DNA of 64,000 bases from NCBI GenBank assembly GCA_965285935.1, contig OZ260663.1, positions 81,778,001 to 81,842,000 of the forward strand, given 5' to 3'. Made by a program: the position numbers and the translations under genes. Shown here one piece after another: positions 1 to 13,400 of the stretch (position 1 is the stretch's first letter; the number at the start of each line of letters is the position of its first letter). The stretch comes from Ophelia neglecta (taxonomy: Eukaryota). The notes under the pieces were generated by a model. It was given only the letters and a program-made list of their open reading frames with translations. It had not been told where the DNA came from and did not search any database.

Positions 1-269
1 GATTGTTTTTGCCTTGAATAGTGTTGCTCACTCAATCGCTGGGTGACAGCACTACTTGGTTAACTAAACCAACGAAGAAGTGGACGTTCACTAGGTGGCG
101 CTATGCACTAACCAGTGCCTATTTAAATACTTCACAGCACTCCACAACAACTGCACGTAGTCATCGCCGTGACAATACTTCCTAGTAAATTTAATATTTT
201 CGAGTTTCGCATTAATAAATAAGCAAATAGGTGATGTATATGTATAGAAGAAGTGTGCGACAAACTTAC

Positions 270-365
270 CCGTAGCTGCCAAAAATCACCGATCTGTTGA
301 GAGCGCGAAAAAAAGCGCTCTGCTAATCGATTAAATTCATCAGCTGAGATTGAACCTGCCGCCAT
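270..365 (-). CDS. ATG10: Ubiquitin-like-conjugating enzyme ATG10, coding exon 1 (gene continues off the left edge)
   Basis: ATG at 365-363; 32 codons MAAGSISADEFNRLAERFFSRSQQIGDFWQLR followed by a GTAAGT donor (acttac at 264-269). The F..F...SQQIGD.W..R motif matches the recalled N-terminus of metazoan ATG10 (human EFIKHSQQIGDSWEWR). Confidence 0.8.
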
Positions 366-1381
366 CGAGGTGAGAGGGGGAGGATGAAAGATCAGCGGAA
401 CCTTCTAGGGCTGAGCACAAGGTGGATATGAGGGGTGGGAGGCTTCAAGCTGTTAAAGTCTACAGGGAAAGAAAAACAATGAGAATTCATATGGTGTGAT
501 ATAGAACGAGACGTTTTAAGAAGGCTTGAATGACATTCGTTTCATCAACAGCATTCTATCAGTATTGTCCGCGGGTTTAGTTTTTTTTACTGCGATTATT
601 GTCATTCACGGCGTACAACAAATCTGTACAAGCCCTATGGATCGGGAGAGGTGGTTTCTGTATCCCCATCTGAAGTAGTTCAATGAACACAACTGGGTCA
701 AAATGATCCGCCGTGTTTAAGTTTTGACGCAAATTATGAATGAAGTGTATATTTTTGAAGAACTTCTGTACTAGCTAACTTGTGCATTTGCTCTGACAAA
801 TTTTAGGTATAAAAATCGCAGTCAACTTGCCACTCAGACCATTGAACGGCGCCCAATGCCGGGCGTGAACAAAACTACATACACAAGCCGGCATCTTTTG
901 TTCACTGCAAGCCCAGAGCGATAGTGTCCTAATAACATTGGCTGTTACAAACTCCTCCCCAAAACCGCTTCTACATATTTCAACATTTCTTAATGTAGAC
1001 GATATGTGGGCATGATAAAAACTGACACCATGTCGAAAATGTTAATTTAAAACCACGTTGGGTTTTCTTTAGATGTCTGCTATTTTAAAGCAATTTTAAA
1101 TACGCTTATAACTTGCCATTTATTCTGGCCTCCGAGGGGTGTTGCTCAATCAATACAAAAGCGAGTTTATCTACAAAGCAGATTGGCGTATTGCCAGCCG
1201 TTCTTTATCGTTGCGCCCATGTGATATTTTGACTGGACGGTTTCAGGACACCTCGGGCAGCCTAAATAAAGCCAACCAATCAGCGTTTTTCTTGGCTCAG
1301 GTCACCGTCTATGTTACCATGACTACGGGGTCAGTGTCGGCCCTGATGCCTTGACAGGTGTGTGACAGTTCAGCAGCAAGC
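366..1381. promoter_or_regulatory. Putative bidirectional promoter shared by ATG10 and SSBP
   Basis: 1016 bp between two divergent ATGs. Visibly CpG-rich compared with the introns. CCAAT boxes on both strands (ATTGG 937-941 and 1182-1186, AACCAATCAG 1274-1283), RFX X-box-like GTTACCATGACTAC at 1313-1326, Inr-like TCAGT at 1331-1335. Confidence 0.7.
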
Positions 1382-1437
1382 ATGTACGCCAAGGGAAAGG
1401 GGTCCACGGTCCCCTCGGATGCCCAAGCACGAGAAAA
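1382..1437 (+). CDS. SSBP3: SSBP exon 1 ([19 protein letters not shown])
   Basis: ATG at 1382, canonical SSBP N-terminus, GTAAGT donor at 1438. Confidence 0.96.
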
Positions 1438-4400
1438 GTAAGTACTTATCTATTTTCTATTCATCAGATTGGTAGAGCTGGTTAGGATCTACCCGGCGCA
1501 TTCGTTTTGCTAGACCAGGTCATCAGGAATTTTGCAGAAACCGCTCATTTTCCACCTGTTTCGGGGGATGTCCCCTCTTCCTGTAGTGTATAATGGCTGT
1601 TCCGGTAATCAAACGCACCCAAAAATGGCGCTACACAGATGTAAATAATGTTATTTTGATTGTCAGCGTCGATTGTTTTAATGGTATTTGTTCTCAAATA
1701 AAACTTTAAACATGTATTAATTAAATTTACTAGCTTTCTTGTTAAAACAACAAATGTAAACGAAACATATCCAGCGATTTATTTTATTTAAAGAGAGACC
1801 TTTGGTGTTAATCCACATCAGTCCCAGCATCTAAATGTTACTGTGTTGTAAAGACTACGAGTCTGCACATCTTATGCCAATATTATGTCTCATTTGGTGC
1901 TACCGATATCAAAAATGTCTCTCCTTTTTCCTTTCAGATTAGCGTTATATGTATATGAGTATTTATTACACGTAGGAGCACAGAAAAGTGCACAGACATT
2001 TTTATCAGAAGTAAGTGAACCTTGTTTTCCCCTATTATCACTCCCCTAGACCCTCTATGTATTTACATCCACAAGGCCTTCTCAACAATCGTCGAATATT
2101 AATTTCATTCGTATATTTAGTTAGTGAATTGATTTAGGTGGTGAATATATGCCCTGCACTGTATGTCAGAACCAATTCTTTCCACAGTGTCATTTCGTAA
2201 AGATGTGCTATTCAACTTCAGTGAAACTAATGGAAAAAATTAAATGAATATATGAGAATATTGCCCTACCCATTGACCATTAAACTGTTCCCTGTGATGG
2301 GTTGTAAATTTGCAACTTCCCTCTACCTCAATATTCAAAGGGAGCCTAACCATTAGTAGGCTGTGTGCTACTACTAGATGATGTTATACATCTAGAATTG
2401 CAGCCCTTCCACTGCCATAATGTCTGCCAATTTCAATGTGGGCACTGACATTTGAAAAAATTGAACAGTTGACCATCAGTTGAATGGAAAACATCTACAT
2501 GTGATCAGTATAATCTGCATTCAAAAAAAGTGGTTTAATACTTTTGGCAATGATTTCCCTGTGTGATCAAGATTAACTTTGACAGTTAAAAAACTGTGCA
2601 TGACTTTCTAAGGCTGTGATTGTTCTGCTATGAATCTGTGTTGAAATCCGCAGTTCTAAAGACTAAGATTTAGAGGGGATGTGAGACCAAACCAGTGATT
2701 AGTGGAGTCAGTACAAATGTGATGTTTCAAAACAGAGTCTGAAGCTACATTCGCCTAAACCAGTGCCTTTAGTCATTGAAATCAGCCTGAATTCCCCAGT
2801 TATACTCATGATATTTAAATATTCATATAACTAAATGCTTGCTTAATCATTGAAAAATAGCTTTCTTGTTGATCTTTTGCAGTTGGGGCAAATTGCACAA
2901 AAAGTTTTTTAATTGTACAAGTTACTTCCCAGACTAAAGCCTTGTCTAAGTATGGTATTAATATATTTTGAATAATCCTAGTGCATGTAGTGCATTTTCC
3001 ACTCAGATACCAGGTGCATTTCAAGGCAATTCAGAAAAACTTGTTTTGTTATATTTACATATCATAAAGCCACATTCATTCTAGTTCCTCCTACTCCCAG
3101 TAATCATCGAGGCTCTCAAGGATGGAAACTATTTAAACAATGACACCAACAAATAGTTTTGAATAATACATGGACCAAAATCAATGTTCAGTCATATCTG
3201 GAGATATGTTGCTTGTTCAGGTTTCTTTTATGATAAATGTTTTAATTTCTATTGCAGATAAGATGGGAAAAGAACATAACATTAGGAGAGCCTCCTGGGT
3301 TTTTACATTCGTGGTGGTGGTAAGTTTCATTCTTTTTCTTTTGGCAACAAGATAATGGTAACTACTTTTATATGTTGAATGATTTGAAATATATGTTTAA
3401 AACCCATATAAAAGTAGTCATCATCAAATAAACACTAATAAATGTTAATACGAATAAACACTAATGCTGATTTCACACGAAATATGTAACACAAAATATT
3501 TTTTTGATTAAAGAATGAAAACATTGTAACAATATAATGCAAGATCATCCAAATATTGTTTGAAATTGTGGTAACAAAGTACCCTGACAGCCTAAATATA
3601 TGTATAAATATAATGATATCATGTTTGATATGATATCATGTTTGATTCCCTATGTCAAAGAGACAGGTTTGCCATCTTGTTGCTGATGAAAAGCTTGCTC
3701 TGTTGTTGCATTTCTTTCCCTGTTGGCCTCGCAGGTTACACTTCTTACCTCCCTGAATAATACACTGCATTACCCACAATGACATAAATACAATTGAGAT
3801 CATTCAAGACACAGTTTACAAGTCTGTGTATACAATTGATGTCCCTGCATGTGTTTACCCTTGAGTAAGATGAAGCCATCAGTAGTAAAGGTCCTTGTCC
3901 AATGGACTGTGTGTTCTTTAACTTGCAGTTCTTGGTCCACATTGTTAACACTACCCCAAGCTCACTGCACCCTGTCCCACTCTCATTATTCCCCCATGCC
4001 CTGTTACCTGCAGTGGCTGTTGCCATTGTGGGCAATGCTTTTGGGCTTGTTGCTTTTGACTTGAAATAATAGGCTGTTTTGGTTTAGGCACCAGTATTAC
4101 ACTGTCTGATATGAATATATATATACAACTGGGCAATATTTTATATAAATCAGCTGTATTGATTTTTAAGCATACAAGTTGTACTACTTATGGATGTTGT
4201 TCTACATTTTGGGTTACTTAAGGTCAACTAAAAATAATGTTGTATTTCCTATAACAAGTCAAACACTTTAAGGTTAAGTATGTTCTTTAGGTTACTCTGG
4301 TTAAGTATTGGTTCCTGGTCTTTTTTTTACTTGTTCTTCCCTCTAAATGAATCACCATTCAACCATAACTAATATGAGGGCTGTTTTAATACCTACATGT

Positions 4401-7400
4401 GTTAAGTACTTGTCTAATAGTTTCTAGGAGATGACTATTGAACAAATTTACACAAAAATTTAATGCCTATAATAAATGCTTTGACTTTAAAAAAAGTGGA
4501 TATTTATTGCTAGGAAAATATAGGGATTGTAAAGTTACAGGATATGTTTTCATGTCATGTGGCCATGTCGGATTGGTTGGTACTCTAGTTGGACTTTTAT
4601 CCTTAAGGTTCATTTGTGTCTGCATGCCAGTTCCTTGTTCAGAAACGTACAAGTGACAGTTTGGCCTGTGGAAGCATTTGTACAAGAACAATATTTGTTT
4701 TCTTGAAAGTTTTGTCTTATAATATTAGACAAAACTTTCAAGAAAACAAATATTGTTTTTTAAGGCAATTGGCTGGTTCTGCAAACATCCTCCCTTCTTT
4801 ATTGTGAGGAGATGGCAGCAGCCTTTGCAGTTTACAGCCTCAGTAAACTGATTAACTGATGATTTGCTAATTTTTTTATCTTGGTGCCCCACATATTTGA
4901 AAAGGAATAAATGGAGGGATTTGTACTGAGAAAGAAACGAATTTTATTTACCCCCCTATGTGTATAAAATCTATTGTGAGCACTTTCACGGTGGACAGTC
5001 TAAAGGTATATCTGTCAGCAGTCATTGCTTGTGCTCAAATTTCAGGGTCCTCCCCTATTATCAGGGCGGGGAGTCAGCAAACAAACGCAAGGACGGATGG
5101 AAGCAGTAAATGCTAGTAAATAAGTGTTTATTCTGGCTATTACATTTGAGTGTCGCAATGTTTCGCTATCTGAAAATAACATATTTGTTTTCCCTGACAC
5201 TTTACAACTCCCAAGAAGACATGAATGCAATCGGGGCACCGTATAATAATTATAATGACATAAGCGGAGGAGTTTGTGCCTACAAGCAGCAAAACAGGCC
5301 TTATCAGTGTGGTCAAGACAGTTGCTTTTCACAACGGGACAATTGTCAAAAACAATTGCAAAACCTATGGTATTCGGATAGCGAAAATAACTACAACTAC
5401 AAGAGCCCAAGCAATCACCTATTATACTTGCATCAGTTTTGGCGACTTTTATTTCGAAAATTGTACTGCTGCCATCCGTCCCTGTGCTTCTTTGCTGACA
5501 CCGCCACAAGAACAGAGGACTACAGTGGAAACCCTGATGAAAGACGGCCCAAAAAATTTCCAAAATAGCCCTTTTGCACAATGCTTTGCTATACCTGCCA
5601 TGTATGTCAGCCCCTGAAGAGAGACCCCTCCCCCCTCTTATAAGACCACTTATATGGTGATCTCTCATGAGGGGTTTCACTGTACCACGAAATTTGAGCA
5701 GAAGTATGACAGCCGAGAGATAGCCGTTATGACTGTCCACCTTTTTTTATTAGAACACATATCATTTATTCCATTTCTGATAGCTCTTATATTTGATCTT
5801 GATTCAACACTTTAAGAATAAATCCAAAATAATTTTCTTGGCTATTTCATCTGCGTCTTTTAAGAATATTTTAGGTGTTGTATTTAGTCATCTGATGACA
5901 CCCAATTCCTGATGTTGTCCAGGAGGTTCGATCCCGATCGCGTCAAACCCAAGACATAAAAATAGGCACTGATAGCTCCACTGCCAGGAGCCCGGTATTT
6001 TTCAGGGGGTAGTATCAGGACTGGTCAACCCGGTGTCAGTATAATGTGACTGGGTGGGGTTCCCTGTCTGGCGTCTACGGCAGGTACTCCTGTGAGGCAG
6101 CACCATAAAGAGGGCATTGAGCCCACTGCCACAAGTAGGCACCGTGGCGATATGACCAGATAAGTGTTGAAAGTCACGTAAAACCCCAAACAACCAATCA
6201 ACCTTGTCCAGGGTCATCAAGGTCAAATCAGTTGTATGTAATATTATGGCTTTACTTTTGCACATAGAGCCTAAAAGCCATAAAAGACATCCCGCTGCTA
6301 ATAAAGTCTATGACCAGGACAATGACCTATACTTTCAAGGTCGATGGACAAAATACTATTTATAAGCTTTAATTTTGCATATAAAACCTTTGTGTGTATT
6401 GAGAGTGAGCCAAGGAAACATGAGCTGACCTTCATTGTTGTGTTAAAAGTCGATCCAGAAATATTCCTACTAAAAAGTAGCATTTTTAATATAGACATAA
6501 TCCTCTGTTTGCTAACTCAAAACAGCTGATCAAAACAGGCATCACGGGTCACTCCAACCAGTCTTTGTTTGTTATAATCTTAGTAAAATGTTACAATCTG
6601 TAAACTTAATTCTCTAGGCAGCAGTGAGCTGACCATTTTCTTTGTTAACATGAAACTCTGTAGCACCGCCCACTCCCTAGTACATGTACAGTGAAACCTG
6701 TAAATTCAGACCACCCAAGGGACTGGAAAATACTGGTCTCTTTATGGAGGTGATCCATTTAGACAGATAAATTATTAAAATTGAAAGTGGGCAGTATGGT
6801 CTTTATATTTGTGTTTAGAATTGGCTGGGCATCCGAATATAGAGGTGGTCTTTGAGGCAAGTTTCACTGTTTCAACTTGTAAAATGTAGTTGATCAAAAG
6901 GTTATGTCTATTGTTATCACGATAATTGAGTATAATTGAAAGAAAACCAACAATCAATTTAATCAAAATCTAAGTTTGTTTATATGAAGCCACTAGTAAT
7001 AGATGGTTTCACTCCCAAGTTAAAGCTATGAATGTGCGGTTGCAAAGTAAAATATTTTGAAAATATGAATTGTTGTTGGAAGACTGATTAAAGCAAACTA
7101 GAGGTTAAAATTGTCTTTTTTTGTATATAGGATACTAATAATAATATCAGAGTGTGTTGCTGCCCTTGTAAAAAGAGGATTTGGGGGAAGAAGGGGGGGG
7201 GGGAGCATCTATCTATAGGGATGCAACATGTATGTGACCTAGAAAACTAAGCCCAAAAATGTACTCTTTGCCAAAAATGACAATCAGAAATTTTCCTGAA
7301 ACATAATGTTAATTAACTCCGAACCAGTTGACCTTTGAAGCTGTTTTTCAGAGCCATTCACATTGATTGTTTATAAGCCTTTTAAGAGTCGCCATGTTTT

Positions 7401-10400
7401 TTCTTGTATTTCACAGCAGTATTTTGTTATTCTTACCAGTTTGGGCCATACACGTAGAAAAGCAAATGCTGAAAATGACACTATTTACTCAAAAAAGGCT
7501 CTGCTAAATCAAAGTACAGTTAACAAATATGAGTACAAAATAAATTTTTTTTCCTCACTCCGGCAATTTAGAATGCGGTAGGTATAATTGCCTGTCTGAG
7601 GTCCCAATACCAGTTCCACCACTGCTGTGGCTCTGCAATGGCCAGTGGGGTTTCCTACAAACCATTTCCCAAATGTTCATGTCTTTCAAATTTATTTGGG
7701 AATACTAACCAAGCGCTGCTTTGGTTAGTACTTATTATCCCCTGCTGGCCTTGGAGAGCCCGAAGGGGGGATGTAGGAATGGTTCTGTGCGTCTGTCTGT
7801 CCATCCTGCTTTAAGCAAAGTTTTTGGTTTGAGGTTTGCATGTATTGATTTATCAATGTCAATACCATACCCTTTCAGAAGCAAAATTATCATACTAAAC
7901 ATTTATAGTCAACCAAAGTAGTAAACAATTTAATGGATAATTTTACCCTAAAATATACCCATATAAGGTATGGAGGAACTGGTTAAAGTTTTAGCATGAA
8001 AAGTTATGGAAATTTCTAAAAGTAATAATATTACAAATGCTTGTCAGATTGGAACTGCACATGGTAAACTTTAATATGTGTGCCAAAATATTTATATTTG
8101 AACAGCAAAATTTGTGTTTGTACCAATACCGTATTCAGTTGTAATATATCATTTGCCTTTATTATAGTGAATTGGGAATTCGTATGGACAATAACAAGCA
8201 TTTTTGATAGAATAAGACTACTAGTAAAAATTTTAAGACTTTTAATTTTATTTCTTTTGATATTTTTTCTATTTAAACTATTTAATTCTTATTAAATAGT
8301 TTAGAAAATATATAAAGATTTAATGATGAGGCACCTTAGTGCATTGATTTATTACATTGTAGTTTATAAGTACTATTTGGTTACAATAGAAATGCAAGTT
8401 AAATTTGGAAATGGTTTAGTTGTTAGCTGACTGCCACTTCTTCATTTTTGTGCAGATAGGCATTTAAAATATATTAAGAATTGAATGCTATGATGCCAAT
8501 GATGTTTCTGAATTTTGACATTGTCCTATATTATCAAAGTCCAATCACTAAAATACTCATTTGGGCAGAGGGATATGCCACCTAACATGAAAAGTAATGA
8601 ATAGGAAAAATGTGTATTGTGTGTTAGTGAAGCATGAGCTGAAAACTAGATCGTGTCCTTGAATATGACCTTCAAGGACAACTTAAAGGTCAAACTGGGA
8701 ACATTCCAATGCTTTAAATAAAAAAATCAATGTTATTGGGTAATCAGATGTTTTACCCTTTTGCTGCAATGATATGACTAGGTTTGGAGTTAGAAGACCT
8801 TAAGTTTGTAGTTTTTAGAAGTCTACAAAATATATCTAACTATCATTATTGTGGCATTGATTAAACCAGTTCAATTATTTGGTTCCTTGGGAATGCAACA
8901 ATACACACCCATACCGTTATATGCAGTTACCCTGCTCAGTTGTTTAGGTGTGAAGGTACTTCAAGGTAGATGGTTTCATGCACTATACACCTGTACCATT
9001 GTCCACAGTTATCATGCTCATGGGACATGGGTTGTGGTGTGACAATAGATTGTTTCATTCACAAAGTGACTACTCATTTGGTCATATCAATGCATTATTA
9101 GGCTAAATAAAGAGAGCCACTGTCAACGACCAGAGCATGCTCATTTGTTGCTCACACATTGTATAGGCTTGGCTCCATTTTGCAACAGCCAATCAACAAT
9201 AAAAATAGCATGGATTGGCTGAAATATTATTGTGTTGATTGACACAACCCAAGTCTGATGTACCTGGCTTTTTACCTAATCAGTGCCTTAGCATATTCCA
9301 GGGTTAGCCTTTACAAGCTACTCAGTGTAATGATTGTACCAATTGATGATTTCCAATGATATCTATATTGGTGTTTGTTCAAGTGAACCTATGATGTACC
9401 GTAGGATGCCCAAGAATTTGCATGGCATGCTGTGTATATACCACACGGTGTGACCCGAGGCAGCCCCATGTCTAAATTTAGTCTTGACAAAGAACCGGAC
9501 AATATTTCCTAATCTCACTGCAGTATCCCAAATACCGTATAGCCCTTTGTACTAACCGCAAAATATTCAGGTTTCAGATCAATAAAAGCTGCAAATATTC
9601 TTGCCAGACAGGGGGTGTGGTTTAATCAAAGGGATTTTTTTGGGTCAAGTCAAAAATATGTTGAATTACGAAGCTCAAAACGGCCAGATTCCAGTGAGTG
9701 ATAATATAGAATAATAAGGCTAGTGTCGACTTGGTAGGGGGGGGGCGCTGGTGGCCGGCCGGGGTGAAGGTGTGGGCTCCCTCCGTCATCCCCGTAGCCC
9801 ACAGAGCCCGGTAACGATCCTTGAAGGGCTTGTTGATGGCCACATCTAACGGATGCAGGATCGAAGTGAGGCCACCTGGAATGACAGCCATGTCGACTTT
9901 CCTTCGCACTAGCTCTGCCTTCACGGCGTCTGTCAGATGAGCGCGGAAGGAGTCCCAGACTAGGAGCTTCCTAGCCGAGCCCGGGGCGGGAAGTGGGAAG
10001 GCGGCTCTCAACCAATCGAGGCAGCCTGCCTCGTCGACCCAGCCCTTGGCCTGCACCTTAGCGATCACACCCGGTAGCGTGCACGACTTGCCAAGCTTCC
10101 ACTTTCCCTTGAATATGGCGTGGGGAGTTAGCTTCGATCCATTGGCAGCACAGGCGAGGACAACGGTGAAACCACGTTTCTCCGCACCGTTGGTTCTGAT
10201 GGGCACTGTCTTATCTCCCTTCTTGTGTAATGTCCACTCCATCGGCAGATCAAACTTGAGTGGAGTTTCGTCCATGTTAACGATGTCAGACAGGGCGTAC
10301 TGTCCATTGAAATTATGGTTAAAATATCAACACACACGATATATGTATACTACGACTGATGGCAGTAAATTATGTTAATGCAGGGGTAGGTAACCATGGC

Positions 10401-13400
10401 CATGTATGCAAATTAGAGAGGTCACTATGATACACAGTGGGTAACCATGGTCATGTATGCAAATTAGGGAGGTTACTATGATACGTCACAAGCATCATCA
10501 TCAATGTGATTACCGTTCTATTCTCATAATAAACCGCAATATGATTGTATGTAAACAACAGCTGTAATGGTTTGTCGTTTTAAATAACTTTCTTTTGATG
10601 ACTTCAGTACAGAGTTTGTTCCTCTCATCCCTTTGATCGTAAACGGTTACATTTTGAAATGTGCAAAAGCTTTGGCCAGTGCCAGAATCGCAATCAACAA
10701 GTTAACAAAATGACACCTCTTTAATTTGTGTTATCAGAGATCATCTAAGTACCAAGTGTGCAATACCAGGTGTGGCGGTTGGACAAATCTGTGAAAGCCA
10801 ATTGGTGTCAGATCTCCGGAGCACAAATGTGACACCTTTGATTTTGCCGCTGTTCTAGATCAAATGCCTCTCGGAATTGAGGTTACTAACGATTTTTTAT
10901 TAATGCGGTTTATTGTAAGGGTTTTTCTTGGGATGTTTCAAGGCAGGAAAAAAGGTTTTAAAGGCCCTTACAATGGGGGTGCGGTTTATTCAAGATGGCG
11001 GTTAGTACACAGGGCTTTACGGTACTGATGTCATCGAGCTTGCGGACTGCAATTGACACTTTAAAATGTCAAAAATAGGTTTTATTTGGAAAAGGGTGGC
11101 TTATATGGGGCATTCTAATGAGAAAAATTCATATTTAAACTATGTTTGCTAGTAAAATATTACCCATAAGCAACAACAGCAATTGATAATGTTCATTTCA
11201 TCAATTAGCTGCTATAATCAGCCAAGATTTTGGGAGCAACCAAACTTTAATAAATTTAGTTGCCATGGCACTGGAAATTAAATTTTTATCTCTTACTTCT
11301 TAAATGGCAATTTGGCTATAAATTACTAAGGGGAGGATATAAAAAAGTATATCTTGCTCTTTCAAAAGTGTCTTCAGATTTGACCTTGACCTGTTTTTTC
11401 AAGATAAATTGGCAAAAATTGCATAAACCACAAAAGGCCTTAACTGGGCAAAGTCTTGAAGCAGAGGCTTTAGTGTGATACAGCAAAATATATTATAGGT
11501 GTGGTACAGGAATGAAGCACCTATTTCTGGCTATGAACTGACTTACTTTTGGGAGAAATCTGAAATACTTCTTTAATATGGCAGTTATGCCTTTAATTAC
11601 TATGAGGGAGGTGTAGCAAAGTGTAAACTGCAATTCCTATGGCCTTTCATATTTGACCTTGACATTTATTATCAACGACACATGGCTGTTATTAGGTAGC
11701 CCCCCTAGCTGGGACCAAAATGAAACACCCTAACATTTATTTTCAATTTCAATGTGACCAGATATATTTGGGTGGCGGTTGGGAGGGGCAAAAAACCAGA
11801 AGGGTCTCTGCCATTGTAAATGATCACCACCCCCAGAGCATTATATGGAGATTTCTAGTGTTCTTAGCAATCATTTTTATTTAATCACCATGATCATCAT
11901 GTGGTTTCACCAGGATGTTTGCTTTTCCTGTATTTGTATGAATTACTTTCATTAATACATTTGACTGGCAGATTCTTCACTTGCACTATTCAGACAGTCT
12001 ATAGGTTTTGCTTGTATGTTTTAAGTGCCAATTTATCCTTTATGTAATCTCAGCCAGGGTGGACATGTAACATCCCCTTTTGCAGGTCATGAGTGGAAGG
12101 ACATATTGTCTATCCCTACAAATAGGCTGGGGCATGCGTTTCTAAATGGCTTGCTTAAACTGTGCTCCAGTAGTTGGTTGGGGCAACATTTGGTACATCT
12201 TACAGTGTTCAAAGGATGAAGGGGGGGGGGGATATTTTGCCCCAATTTGAAGAAAAAATGTGGTTATATTCTGTATAGTGTTCAGTCCAGTTCAAATTTT
12301 GCTTCAGACCGCCAGTAAACATATAAACTCTGTTCTATTCTGCTCTCTGTAGAACATATAACTTGCAAATTTTTCTTTTTCAAAGAGATAAAAAAAAATT
12401 TAATAAGCATTTATATGTTCTTAAATGATAACAAAAAATGTTGTTGTTTGGACAAAAAGAAAACAAGAGAAGTCTTTTAAATGGCTGCATATGGGACTGC
12501 AGTGTATTTTGATTATCATGTAAGAACAATGGGGGGAATGGAGGGGGGGGGGGCAATACCTGGTTTGAGGATAAGTTGCCTGGCCAAACATACCAACAAC
12601 AAAAAATGTATACAAGAAACCCTGAACAGGGGTGCAACCAGCATGCAGTGGGGAATGCTAGCCATAATATTGGCAACTAGACAATAGGGCATGAATACAA
12701 TGTTTACAGGGTTAGTGGCCCAGTCTATTATCACAAGAGGGTAAAATCTTGAGATTGTGCTAGATAGACTCAAAGAGTCAAATGCCAATTGTGCCGCTAT
12801 TCACCCCAAAGGGGCAGGGGTGGTAGTTTGTACAGTGGACCCTGCGATGTGGGGCCCCTTCGCTGAAGGGCCACCTGCTACGACAGGACAGTTTTTGAAT
12901 TTCCACATTCTATCTTTTTTATGTTAAAGAACCTCCAATGGAGAGCCACCTGCAATGTAGGGCCTCTTTTCTTTGAAGTTAGGGGTGGCCCTACATCACG
13001 GGCACATCTGTACTCCAAACATAGGAATGCCACTCTTCCATCATCATGATAAGATGTATAATTGACTGTCAAAGCTGTCAACCAGATTTAAACACACATA
13101 TACATATTCATGCACTACCACCATAAGTGATGTTCATTCTCCATTCTCATAGGGTCTGACCAGACTGGTCTAAATGAATTTACTATCCCTTTTTTTCTAT
13201 TCAACCAGAAACATCTAGGAATCAGGTTTAATTTTTGTACAGACACTAATGACTGTTAATAAAACTGGTGATGTGTCAGTAGTTCAATTTTTATTGATTT
13301 GTACACATCATGAATCTCGTATCACTGATCGTCTTCGTACCTGAAGGTAAACACTACAGAGCTTTAAATGCCTTCATGAACCTGTTCTCACTGGCAACAG

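Noticed and set aside
5042-5740. Overlapping 232/152/113-aa ORFs
   Set aside because: They lie entirely within nested MITEs and show no recognisable domain or splice context.
5925-5945. tRNA gene
   Set aside because: Only a B-box/T-arm is present, and it is the truncated head of a SINE.
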